Source: Eledone cirrhosa (Eukaryota). Taken from it: a DNA stretch of 64,000 nucleotides. Positions 63,963 through 64,000 of the stretch are shown here, one piece after another; the first letter of the stretch is position 1, and every line of letters begins with the position of its first letter. A model generated the notes under the pieces. It saw only the letters and a program-made list of their open reading frames with translations. It was not told the origin of the DNA and searched no databases. The position numbers and the translations under genes are program-made. Location: contig OZ024747.1 of the NCBI GenBank assembly GCA_964016885.1, positions 33,914,001 to 33,978,000 of the forward strand. Reading direction: 5' to 3'.

Positions 63963-64000
63963 ATATATATATAATGTAATGAATCTTTCTTGAAATCTGA

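Overview
AT-rich eukaryotic DNA made almost entirely of transposable-element debris and (TA)n/(CA)n microsatellites. The SINE/RTE/microsatellite landscape suggests a cephalopod (octopus-like) genome; this is an inference. No intact host gene is evident, and most of the ORF track is microsatellite translation. Recognisable elements: three decayed Neptune-type Penelope-like retroelements (PLE; RT + GIY-YIG), a near full-length decayed Helitron, several RTE LINE fragments (some with C-terminal C2H2 fingers), Tx1/L1-like and CRE-like RT fragments, a DD37D Tc1/mariner fragment, an Academ-like fragment, two tRNA-derived SINE families, several MITEs and a 78-bp minisatellite. The main signal outside the ORF track is about 17 type I hammerhead ribozyme (HHR) motifs or relics (CUGANGA...GAAA, mostly with a palindromic stem III). 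They fall in six apparently unrelated short non-coding repeat types arranged as tandem monomers or head-to-head inversions, plus relics at PLE ends. This fits a diverse retrozyme-like population mobilised by PLEs. Second, two divergent PLEs share a T TTT TTA heptamer exactly 36 nt upstream of the RT-ORF ATG, in the phase needed for a -1 ribosomal frameshift (alternatively a splice acceptor).
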